A DNA stretch of 64,000 nt, from positions 39,990,001 through 40,054,000 of the forward strand of contig CAIIXF020000001.1 in the NCBI GenBank assembly GCA_903813345.2, read 5' to 3'. The translations under genes and the position numbers were made by a program. The notes beneath the pieces were generated by a model. It did no database searches. It saw only the letters and a list, made by a program, of their open reading frames with translations, and was not told the DNA's origin. Source of the DNA: Owenia fusiformis. Its lineage: Eukaryota. Below are positions 1 through 12,600 of the stretch, one piece after another; within the stretch, counting starts at the first letter, position 1; every line of letters starts with the position of its first letter.

Positions 1-522
1 ATCTATTCAATCCTATAACTTTTTACTCTATCTATGATATTCTTAGGAATTTTCCCCATATGTTATGCTCAAAAATATCAATACATGTACATTCGCATTC
101 TAAGTGATTTTACATTCAATAGAATAACTCTTTTTTAATATATGTACTCAAGAATACTTTTTTATAATTCATTCCTATTCAATGAACTTGAAATATACTG
201 TCAGGTCATTACCATCAAGATTTCTTTCAAATAAGATCAATTGAGTAAATATTGGACTTGATTTTTTGAACACAAGTTTATTCCATAAGTCAACTAAAAA
301 TATATAAAAAATATATACAAAAACAATTTAGCAGCAATTTTAATCAATAAGAAAAGGAATACACCAAAGTTAAATAGTCTTTTCTAGGTTCTGAACAAAT
401 TCCCAGTATATTATTTTACTAATCTTTGACTGAGTAAGGAACTTTTGTACATGTGCTTTATTTCTTTCATAATCAGTGATATTTAGACAGGTTCCAATTT
501 CAGAATATCTCAAGGGAAAGAC

Positions 523-3500
523 TTTTTGAGGCATTTTTTAGAAAAAGCAACTGACCTATTTTTTCTGGATCAGTTTTTCATGCTGATAAAGATATTAAAA
601 GATGACAGCTCAACGGGGTGGTCACGACACTGCATTTTAGCGTTTTTACCCCCCTAGGAAATTATCTTAGGGGATACTATAATATTAGTTCATAACTCGA
701 AGGATATATAAACTATTGTTCTGAGTTCTACAGCATACATTGTTAGTACAGAGATGAATACTATCCTAAAGTTATAGGTTGATATCTTTGTTGGTTTCGG
801 AAAAATACAATTAATTAGAAAAAATATGCAATTATTGTCATTTTTTCTTGTTTATTTTATATTTGTAGCTTCAAGCAAAATGTGATAACTTTAACAGCTC
901 AAAGTAGTATTCTAACAACATTCCCAAGCTATGTTTGATATTGTAATACATCTATTATAGTGATGAAGTACTATTTTGTAATTTTAATATGACTTTATAA
1001 TGCCCTACCCCTGGTAAATAGAAGAAAGTTGGTGTGGTTTTCTTCTGGTTTTAACATTTTATTGACTTCTTAGTTGAAGATACAATCAATTCTGTCAGTT
1101 AACCATGAGTACCTTTACAATGGTTAACTATTCCCATGAATAGAGGGTTGGGACCTCAAAAATACCAGAACTGTTAAGTGGCATCCTTGGGCATCCCTCT
1201 TCAGAGCATTTTCCTTATACTCCGATGAAATCTGCAGGGGATACTATAAGAAACCTATATATCTTAGATACTAATGAAGATACTGAATTCAAATTTTCAG
1301 GATTTGGTCCTGGTATGATAGGTAATCTGTATGACAAAAATGACAAAAAGAAAAAACTCTGTTGCCATAGTAACAAGAATGCCACACTATTTGTTTCCTA
1401 AGAAATGTGTTTTAAGAGGTTTTGTCATTCTCTTCATATTTTTAATTCTAAATATGTCTACAATGTGGGATGATTAGAATAATGGTAAAGTAATCTTTTC
1501 TATTGTTTTATTGTTCTCTAAAACAGAAGTTGCTAAGGCACATAGATATATAGAAAAAATGATGGGATGATCACTCTATTTGTCAGGAAATTAAAATGGA
1601 AACTGAAAAATGAGTTTCTTCCCACTGAATAGCAATTAATTTGGTAGACCGATGGCTGACACGCACAAGAGAAAACGTTTATCAGTTCTATGTCATTGTG
1701 TTGTTATTTTTATTTATCGTGGTCTGGGACTTATAACACCTAATGCCGAGTCTTCTCCAACTGCAAAGGAAGGCAAGATTTTAATAATGAACATTCATAT
1801 ATCTCAACAAATATGGCCTAAGACAATGATGAGGAAACTCTGAGGGAAAATTAGACGAAACATTAATGTGAGTGTTCCAAAAATAACACTAACATGTTTT
1901 GGAAAAGTTATGCTCTCGGGTGAATCAGTGCTCATTTAAGGATAGTCTGAATCAGGTGAATTTTTTAACCTAATTGTACCCCTCCCCAAAACCCCCAAAT
2001 TTTGACGAAATTGTCGAAAAGTGGCAAACAACATTCATTAAAGTTCAATATGGCTATTTCGCTTCTATTTCATAAAGATATGATACGATCTCAGGTCAAT
2101 CAATAAATTTCACAAGTGACACTCTATCTTATGAAGAAAATACTATCGTATATTTGAAGACATGTCAAAAATTTGGTGGAAATAAATTGTGTCACTCCTG
2201 ATTTGACCTGCAAATGTTCAGGTAAGTTATCACAAACAATTTCAGACAGTCATATCTTTGATTATGACTATTTCCTGACCATGAAGACAGGTATACAGGG
2301 ATAATAAAGTCAATCGGACTCGGAGATATTTCACTAGCAATCAACCCATCAATATATTTTTTCAAAGTTGTTGACCTCATTTTCACCAAAAATGCAATCA
2401 TTTTAACAATGTTTCATGCATTACTATTCTTTATTTTAATATATCAAATAGCTCTTGAAACGAAAACTGAATTCACCTAAGATTAGTGTTCCCCATGTTA
2501 TTTCCCCTTTGAAAAAATTCATGCTATCCATTGGTTTCAGTTCATTTTGGTCATCCAAATTCAGTGTCTTTAAAGTCCCTGGAGCAATCCACTTTTCCTC
2601 TTAGGAAATAGAACATGTCTCAAAGCATATTCTAATTATGCATTCAACAATATAATTAAAGGTTGTATCTTTGGTTAAAAACTAGGTCATCATTTTTAGT
2701 AAAAAGTATGTTGATTGGGCCATTCCCTTTAATATCACTTAGGTCTGATTATTCATTATATTTACTTTTCTTGAAGATAATGAATAGATCTAAAAGACAT
2801 ACCTATGTTCATGGTCAGAAAATATTCATAATTCAAGTTAGAATTGACCTTTTTCCATATAGATGAAAAATAGATGGCATCATGGGTATTGGTAGAGCTT
2901 GGGTAGGGCTAGAATACATGTAAATGTATTGCCAGAGTCACTTAATTTCTTGATTTAAGAAGGAATTCCATTTGGATCAACTTAAAACATCATTGGAATG
3001 TAACTTTATGATCTTATTGACATGTGGATTGTGATTTCGCATTAAAATTGTGATCCTTGGAAGAGTAAATGAACTTTTTAAGGTTTTCAGCATTGTGTCA
3101 ATGGGGATTTAGCCCGACCTTTTTTAGACAACCAGTAAATCATTAGAATTTGAATAATGGTAAATTACAGTGCAAATCAAAGTTGTTTTGATAGAGAATT
3201 ACTCACATAATTCAAATATGCCATCAGACGGAAGAAAACATTAGTTTTTAATGGTTAAAAATGCAGATCTCCTAAAATCTCATTAAAAACAAGACCTTAA
3301 CGAGATTTCAAAGCTATATGGAAAAAGGACCATTGTCTGAAGTTGTTTGCGATAACCTACATGCTCCTTTATAACATTATTATGTAAATACTATCAAATG
3401 CTTTAGTCGTGACAGTTGAAGTAAACTGAAGTCTTGGTATTTAAAGGCAGAATCAGATCTATGTAGAGTAAACGAAATTGAAAGCAACATGTACAGTTGA

Positions 3501-4564
3501 CAGTACAGTGTGATGCAACATCGGTGGGAAAGTCATCTTTGGTTAATAAAAAAGATTCTTAGCTACTTTTCTAACATCTGGCTGTGATACATCATGGCTT
3601 AATGAGGACTCTGCTATATGGTCAGATGATGAGAACTAACAGTTTTACGGAACTTTTGCCATGTTTTGCACATTGTAAATGAGCCTTCTGAATGGGTTGT
3701 AAAGGTATATACCAGGAGGTATATATGGCTCAAATGACTCGTGCCCTAGTACATAGGGCACTGTAGTACATTACTTGTGCATGGTGACCACCATAGTCTA
3801 GTTGCTCAAATGAGATCAATTGATGATTATAATGTTTAGACTTTATGTCAATGTCCTCTCTAGTATGTGATTACACTAGATTTCATTATGATACATGTAC
3901 TAAATTGAAAACTTACATATAAAATATCTTAAGTCCTATATTCTAATAATAAATGAATTAGAATGTCACCTAACAATTGGTGATGGTATAGATTTATTGA
4001 TTTGGTGTCTATCAATACATGTTTTTAACTTAATGCTGCAAAATGATTAAATTCACCACATCCACTTTCTTCAATTTTCCAGGGATAGGGGACTATAAAG
4101 TCATATTAAAATTACAAAATAGTACTTCATAACTAAAATAGATGTATTACAATACCCCATATAGCTTGGAAATGATTTTAGAATACTACTATGAGCTGTT
4201 AAAGCTGTCATATTTTGCTTAAAGCTACAAATATAAAATTGGCAAGACAAAAATTGCGTATCTTTTTCCTGTTTATTGTATTTTTTCTGAGACCAATAAG
4301 GGTATCAACCTATAACTTTAGGATAGTATTCATATTTGTACTAGCAATGTATGGTGTACAACTCAGAACAATAGCTCATATATCCTTTGAGTTATGAACT
4401 AGTTTCATAGTACCCCCTAGAATATTTTCCTAGGGGGGTAAACATGCCAAAATTCAGTGTCGTGACCACCCCGTTGAGCTGTCATCTTTTAATATCTTTA
4501 TCAGCATGAAAAATTGATCGAGTAAAAATAGGTCTGTTGCTTTTTCTAAAAAATGCCTCAAAAA
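523..4564 (+). mobile_element. Decayed ~4-kb DNA transposon with long (~500 bp) imperfect TIRs and internal transposase relics (Sola2-like by motif resemblance)
   Basis: 523-~1040 is the reverse complement of ~4060-4564 (e.g. gatgacagctcaacggggtggtcacgacactg at 601 vs cagtgtcgtgaccaccccgttgagctgtcatc at ~4455). Candidate 4-bp TSD ACTT (521-524 / 4564-4567), not perfectly symmetric about the TIR ends. Internal 3590-3710 translates, across a stop and a frameshift, to SWLNEDSAIWSDDEN*QFYGTF/CHVLHIVNEPSEWVVKV, resembling the W..D..Y...L.VVND.AER.VK C-terminal motif I associate with Sola2-like transposases (from memory, not searched). Confidence 0.7.
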
Positions 4565-4589
4565 CTTGAATTATTAGAATTGGAACTCC

Positions 4590-5490
4590 ATGATGTCTCT
4601 TAGCCAAGATTTTGGAATAGTGTTTGTATTTTGTATATTAGTATTTTGTAGTATATATTGAACATTTTGATTTTTGGTATGTTTCCCCCATGTATTACAC
4701 ATAGCTTGTTCAGCTCTCAGTTTAGTATTATGTTCAGCTTCTTTTTCTTTCTGTTGTGTGTAAATTCTCAGAACATGAACAAAATCTCTCCAGAAACTAT
4801 TCGAAATTTTTTCCTCATTTTTTGAAGTGATTTTGAATCATACCTAAAAAGCTCATTTCTTGATCTTACATTGATGATTTTTAAGGCAGTTTCTTGCCAA
4901 GAGCCATCTCTAAGAAGTTTTTGCATCCATGTAAGTTTGAGGGATTGTTCAAACAGCGTTGGTTCAATCATTTTCAAGCCTCCATCTTCAACATTTTGAA
5001 CTAATTGTGAGGAGCTTACTTTTGCTACTATGACATTGAACAATGGCTCCCTTTAGAGCTCACATTGCTATGTACTAAACAAAATGTATTGATAGGACCT
5101 GAGAGTATAAATGAGATGACAATCATCCTAAATAATATGCTATGTATTTTTAAAAGGGATGTTTATTTGTGCAAATATTCTATTCTAAAACCAACACTTA
5201 AAACTTTTATAAGTAATGTGAAGGAATATTTTATCATGGACAAATGGGTTGGCAGGGGCGATAAGTGGAAAATCATGGAATCAAAATTAAACAAATGAAA
5301 CTGATGATTTTTTCCTTTAAATAAAAAAATGCCAATGGTATAACGTCTCTTAAAGACTAACTTTTAACCAATACTGTATTGTAAAATTGTAAAATGTATG
5401 TTTACCATGTAACTGTACTGTAATTGTTTTTTGCAATTGCTTTAATATGCTTATTTTTTGAAATAAAAAAAATTATTAAAAAAAAAATTA
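4590..5490. mobile_element. Degenerate L1/Tx1-like LINE relic with an internal inversion
   Basis: Minus strand 5043->~4590 encodes ...DGGLKMIE..SLKLTWMQKL... and, after a frameshift, SNSFWRD (post-RT region of L1/Tx1-like ORF2). Plus strand 5065-5298 encodes an ORF2 C-terminus-like stretch (ILNNMLCIFKRDVYLCKY..KPTL..F), followed by AATAAA and A-tracts at ~5462-5488. Confidence 0.55.
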
Positions 5491-5889
5491 AATAGTCTTA
5501 AGCTTAGTGTTAGGCCAATGCGTTTTCTCTTGTAAAAGAACTCATTGAGATGATTAAGATAATTTTGACTTTAAGACCCCAACATGTTTTTTTCTGGGGT
5601 TTTTTCTACACCAGTTTTTTAATATTTATTGCATTTTGCGTTTTTAGACACAGTTATCCTCTTTAAAAGAAAAATGCCCCTGAAATGGGAAAATAACATG
5701 GGAAATATTTTTGCCACTTTATCCCAAATTAATGCATTAATGACACAGGTTAGCTGTGTCTCAAAACGCAACATTTTGATTCATCAAACATTGAAAAACA
5801 GGTGTAGGAAGGGCTGAAAATCAGGACAACATTTCAGAAAAAAAAGGTTGGCGGGTTGTTTGCACCGTCCCTGTCCCAAAGTCCAAATA

Positions 5890-6500
5890 ATTTTAATTTT
5901 GAGTTTGAAATTTTTGAATTTGAACTTCTGAGAGCTTGTAGATAATTTTGAAAAAAAGGTCAATTTGAAACAAGTTGAAAAAAGACCTTTTTGACCTTGA
6001 GAAGGTCAAATCTTTCTTGACCTTGAGAATGTCATTGAAGGTCAAATCTATAGTCAAGTAAATGATTTTGAAAATAAAAATTGGTCAATTTGAAGTAAGT
6101 TGAAAAAATATCTATTTAACCTTTCTATGACCTTGAGATTGTCATTAAAGATCAAATCTATAGTCAGATTTGAACTCCTGGTACTTTGGTCAATTTGAAG
6201 CACATTGATAAAAGACCTTTTTGACGTTTTTGACCTTGAAAAGGTCATTGAAGGTCAAATCTTAAATGTAAAGTCAGATTTGAACTTCTGAAAACTTGTA
6301 AATGATTTGGAAAAAAATTGAAGTCAGTCTAAACAGTATTTGTTAAGTTATTGGGAAGTTTTAAGAATTCATTACAGACGCCAACTACCGCCCGCCACCC
6401 GCCGATCGCAAACCACCAACCCCGCCACAAAAAATGGAGACCATAACAATATGTCACCACTTCTTGGTGGTGACATAATTCTTGGTGGTGACATAAAAAA
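5890..6500 (+). repeat. Dispersed repeat with GACCTTGA/GAAGGTCA internal subrepeats; second copy at ~9960-10270
   Basis: Repeated tttgaccttgagaatgtcattgaaggtcaaatct and gtcagatttgaacttctgaaaacttgta blocks; a near-identical block and tail (ttacagacgccaact) recur at 9975-10270. Confidence 0.7.
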
Positions 6501-6683
6501 CAATACCATTTTTGTAATCTTCCCTAAATTGCCTTAAATTTGAGTGTAATAAAGCCATACTTTGGAGATCAGAATATTATTGCAAAATCCCAAATAAGGC
6601 TGCCATTTTGAATTTAAGAAGGCCCAAATCAGAAAAACCTTTGCTTTTCCAAGAAAGGTCATGGTTTAATACATATTTCCTAC

Positions 6684-9600
6684 CTGATCATAAACAAGTC
6701 TAAATCCTGGAGTCTCCCTCAGCTTGTTGGCTAAGTAACTGAAAATACAAACAAGACACACAGTGATAAATATCACACTTTTTTATCAAAAAATTCAATT
6801 CCTTTTTTTGAAAATGTAAAAATGTTCAAAATCGTACAAACCAGACAAAAAAGTGTCTGACAAGTGCATGTTTAAGAATCTTAGACTGATATCTTTGAAG
6901 ATGCATATTGCTTGTGCACAGTGGTGTTAAATGTATAATCCTTTAATACCAACCTTGATTTTTCAAATGCATTGTTGATCTCCTTTTCAAAGCCAATGTT
7001 TCCCTTAGCTTTCCACATAAGCCACAGCTTAAATACATCCACCTTACGCCCACACTGCACTGATTTGTCACCAGTGTCATATGACACATCATAGTTCTTG
7101 TCTTGTTGAAAAAGATATCTGGCGCTGGCAGAGTGACATGCGTTCAGGAGATTCTAAAATGAATCAAACTCCCATAAAACATGATGAATTCACCTATGCT
7201 GTGTGGTCTTCTTCAATAATTTGCACCATGGTAAATTCACAATTTCAGAATATTTTGTCCAATGTTACCTTGTCTAATCACTGTAACAATCAAAACTTTT
7301 TTCAGAACTTTTTTCAGGCATTTTTCTGTACGTTGAATAATATGAAAATAATATATAATAATATATAATAAAAAGCACCTTGTGTTTGGTAAGGAACACA
7401 GCACACTGGAGCGGAGTTCCCATCATCTTATGAGGATTCCAAGCCATGGAGTCACATCTGAAATATCACTAGTTTTTAACAAGCATATTCAGCCTTTTTG
7501 GAAGTATTGATATCACTGTACTGGGGAAGAACCAGATTTTTGTGTTATACATGCTTAAATAATCAACTGACTTAGACTAAAAATAACTGACTTCTTGGCA
7601 TGCTTTTATGATGCGATGCACCCCTGCTCAACACTGATCTCCTCCTCTAACAACCACCAACTTACCTCTCCACACCAGCCATGAGTGACCTATGTTTCCT
7701 GGACATGAGGACTCCCCCTCCCCAGGCTGCATCTACATGCATCCAAAGTGAGTACTTCTCACAGATGTCGGCAATAGCATTAAATGGGTCGTATGCGCCA
7801 ACAACTGTTGTTGCAGCAGTGGCATTCACCATTAGTGGGTATAGACCCTAAATGAAAGTAAAGATATACAGCATATGAAAGTATGAATGCAATATACAGA
7901 CTTTTGGACTTAAAGAATTTATATTCTCAAAGCGAAATTAAAACTAGAAAAACTATTCATGCATTAATACATCATGAAGCAGACTTTTATATTCATGCAA
8001 ATAAGCCCTTTGCAACTCAATGCTCTGACATAAGTATGACAAATATGACACTGTATAATCCGTACCTGATCTTTAGCTGCAATGATAGCCTTCTCCAGTG
8101 CTACAGGGTCCATCTTGCCCCTAGCATCACATGCAACCTTGATGAGGTACTTTGTACCAATCCCCATGAATGAAACGCCTTTAAGTAGCGAGTAGTGGCT
8201 CTAGAGGAAAGAAATTATCAATGGATTTACAATGGACAATCATGGTTGTACAGCATATCAATTTTTGTTTCCCATACGCATTTCCAAATAACATGCAGCA
8301 TGGATTTTACATTATCAGTGTAGAGTTTGAATTGAGATTTTAGATCAAACTCTTTATGATTTTATATTCCTGATTTTTTAGGTTTATAAGTACGTTAACC
8401 TCCACATGGCTCCTCCAGGCTGGGTATTGAGCTCGGCCAAAAAGAGAAAAGAACTGTGTTCCAAAATTGGGGTTTTCAAAAGTTTAGATCCAATTCTTAA
8501 TTTGTAGTTCTTTTGACCTCACTCTGGCAATTTATTACAGTTGTGGTCTTATTCCCTCTCAATTTCCAGATCCCCCATCCAGTTTAGAACAAGTCTCATG
8601 AGAGAGTCTAACATTCATTTTGATATACAATATATACTAAAGTATATACCTGTTGTGAAGTGAAGATGCAGAGTTTGGGTAAACCATGCATGCCTTCTTC
8701 CTTTACATTGGGAAACCTCTGGAATCTAGCCAGGCTAATTCCATACATGTTAGATACTGATCCACCTGCAACAATACATAACATCACATAGAAAACATAG
8801 AAAGCAATTACATCTAGAAGAAAGAACATTATTTTCAACAATACATGAATATTAAATACTTAAAAATATCATATTGAATTCCTCAATTTTGACATAACTA
8901 ATTCGGGTCAACAAAATCTGCTAAATGGCATAATCTGAAGAGGTCTAACTTACAAAAAGAAAGATGAAAAAATCAAACATTAAAAAATATTATCTGGTAA
9001 TACAGAATATAACGTACAGGTTCAGTATATCTGTACATGTACAAGTACTACATATACATGAAAATGTGAACAGAGTTAACAATTTAACTATAAAAGAGGT
9101 CACAATTCTACATATACGAGGGCGCATATAAATTATAATTCACAAATATTCACCTTGGCAGTCTATGTCACGTTCTGACAAATCATGTTAAATGTATTCT
9201 TGAATAATGTTTCTGACTGATTTGAATTTTTTCTATAATATTGTTAAAACCTTTTGCTATGTGTGTACATAATTCAGCCCCAAACTCGATAAACTATTAG
9301 TAATATAATGAACTGGTTTCTTTTACTTGTGTATTATCCTTATACCTCAGTGAGAAGTTTCAGAATCCACCAACAATATATTAAGGTAAGTATCTGAGAA
9401 CTTGTGGATGATTTTGAAAAACAAATTGGTCAAGAAATACAGACAAGCAATTGCAAGGTTTCATGTAAGTTCACATGGTTTAAAAATTGAAACTGGGCGT
9501 CATGCTAAACCTCAACCAATTTCAGCTATGGAAAGACTATGTATTGTGTGTGATAGTATTGAGGATGAAAAACATTTTGTTTATTAACTGTACAAAGTAT

Positions 9601-12600
9601 GATCCACAAAGGGAAATTTTTATTCAGAAGATGAAAGAAACAATTGGTCAACATTTTATTTTAAATGAGGCAAGTTTTAATATAATCATGAATAAACAAA
9701 ATATCACAATCCAAAGGCATATAGGAAAATACATTTACCATTCCTTTAAAATTCTCGTGCAAACCAACAATTAGAGTGCTTTACTGCCAATCCCATGTGC
9801 ATCTAGACTTTAACCAAGGACTTACAATTGAAAACTGAAGTCCTTCATATATGTAGTTTTATTTTAGAGTTAATTTTTCCCATGTATTCTCATAGTTAAT
9901 ATTTAGTTTTTAGTGAGATTAGTTTCTTAGTTTGTACATAGACTAATGTGTCACGCTTTGACATTTTTGTTTTTTGACCCTGAGAATGTCACTGAAGGTC
10001 CTAATCTCAAATCTAAAGTCAGATTTGAACTTCTGAAAACTTGTAGATTTTGAAAAAGATTGTTCAATTGGAACGAGTTGAAAAAATACCTTTTTTGACC
10101 TTGTGAACGTCACTGAAGGTCAAATCTCAAACCTAGAGTTCAGATTTGAGCTTTAAAGAATTTGAAGATGATTTTGAATTTGAAGTTAGTCTTAACAGTA
10201 TTTGGGAAGTTCTAAGAATTTGTTACAGACGCCAACTGCTGTCACAAAATAATTCAAAAACCATAACAATATTGAAGTTCATAAGTTAGTTCATTAAGTT
10301 GGATGTTATTTATGGTGTATGATTAACAGATGTATGTAACAACTAACATTCTACTATCAAAAGATTCACGTTTTTGAACAGTCCTTCAAAAACAACTTTC
10401 TGGAATGAAAAAATAAAGTTTCATGCATCACATTTTAATAACAGTGGATAAGCCAGTAATATAAGCCAAAGTGCATTGAATTTTTCAAGGGATCTTTAAT
10501 ACAGCATGTTAATTACACATGCCCAGCTCATAGTAAGCAGCCATGTTTTTGATATGCAACAAAATCAAACAAGCATAACGTGCAAAATGTCACCACCTGC
10601 CATTGTTACAGATACCAAGTGCTGCCCACCAACCACCAAACACCATCCCAAAAATTTGGGAAATAAATATAAGTATATGTCATCACTTGTGGTGACATAA
10701 AAATGATTTCCCCTATCACCTCTCAATGAGTGCAGAGCATACAAAAAGCTGGAACAAAAAAAGCAAACCTTATTTGATAGATAAATAGTGCAAGGGTTTT
10801 TATGATTTTAATTAAAACAAAAGTAATCTCATTTTAAGCGCTATCTTAATATAAGCAATTACTCTGTGTACACATTCTGATACTGAAATCAAAACATCCT
10901 TTTTCACAAGAAATATGCTTTGAATGAGACACATTATTGATATCAGCTCATCTGATGGGAAGAGCTCTATTAAAGAGACCAACTTTGAGAGGCTATATAT
11001 TTGGGAAAGCACTGGGGACATTTTATGTCACAGTTAAGCCTCAGTCACATTTGCTATGCGGCGGCAGTACGGCGGCCGTAGCATCACAAAATCGATATAG
11101 AAAATCTACATCGTATTGCTTATTCTATATTTTATGCTGCATATTTCTCTCGATTTTAGGAAGCTATGACGATTGTATGGTTGCTGACTACTAGATCAAA
11201 TGTGACTGAGGCATTGGAAATTTGGTAGAATCGAATGTCATTATTATCATTTTCATGGTAATAATTGAAGGTGGGCTAGAGCATTACTAGGCAATACAAG
11301 CTAAGTTGAAAGACCTCAAAATATCTCAAAACGGGATCTTAATTGATCACTTAATCTAACCCATAATACGATGGCACCTCACTGGTGATATGAAAATGAG
11401 ATGCCATGAAAATGTGGGCTAGAACATTGCTAGGCAATACAAGCTAAGTTGAAAGACCTCAAAATATCTCAAAACGGGGATCTTAATTGATCACTTAATC
11501 TAACCCATAATACGATGGCACCTCACCGGTGATATGAAAATGAGATGCCATGAAAATGAGATGCCATGGTTTACCATAATGCCGAGTAGCTGATTCAGTG
11601 AAACATTGACCCTAAAATGAAACAGGGACAACATACATGTACATTCTTTGTTATAAGTTAATAGTGACATAATAGCAAAAGTGACATGTAAAGTTGGAAA
11701 CAATATGCATAACATAACAGAATTGAATATGAAGCTAAAAAAGTCGACATGATGGAGCATTATTGAATCATAACATCTAGGATATAATACCTGGACAGAA
11801 TATCCCATCGCCTTCACCATTCTCATAGCCTATTGCTTCACGCATACGTTTAAACACTGTGGCCTCCATCAATGTAAACACTGGGGCAACCTCAAACGTG
11901 TACCTAACAAAAATAACATATACAGTGGGTGAAATATGCGAGGAAATATGTATGTATTTGCTCATCTTTATATTATAGTGTCCTAAAAAACATACAAGGC
12001 ATTAACATCCAAAATATCACAACCTGCCATTTGTTACAGACACTATTTGTTACAGATGCTGAACACTGACCGCCATTTACAAAAATGTTGTAGACTATAG
12101 CAATATGTCACCCGGTGGTGGTGATATAAAAACGATAAAATATTTGCAATTTTGTATTGCCAAAAATCTGCCAGTTTTTGATTGTGATGTCGAAATTTAC
12201 AAAAAACAGATTTTACAATCTAAAAACGAAGAAATTGATGAAAAGGGTTATCAAATATGTCTGCCTCTATCTGTGATAATGGCTCTCAATCTCATAAGTC
12301 ATAATGTACATTATGTATGCCTTCCTGATACGTTTCTACCATTTATGAGTCATTCTAACCTCATTTGTTTTGATATGCATTGCTTTATCAAGCTATCATC
12401 ATAACATAGTTCCATTTTTACATAGAAACCCTCATTTTCAGGTTTATTTTGGAATAATTCATACAAGACACCACTTAAATGCTACTTTCTAAAATAAAAA
12501 ATCACAACATTGTCACAATTTTGCTCTTAAAATGAAGAAAATTGTTTAGGTTACAAATTACAATGATATTTGGGGAGATATGAGTGAAATACTGTATCTA

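Noticed and set aside
1150..1180. cag|TTC TGG TAT on the minus strand as the missing 'CFWY' decarboxylase exon
   Set aside because: Followed almost immediately by a stop (TTT TGA) and lies inside a transposon.
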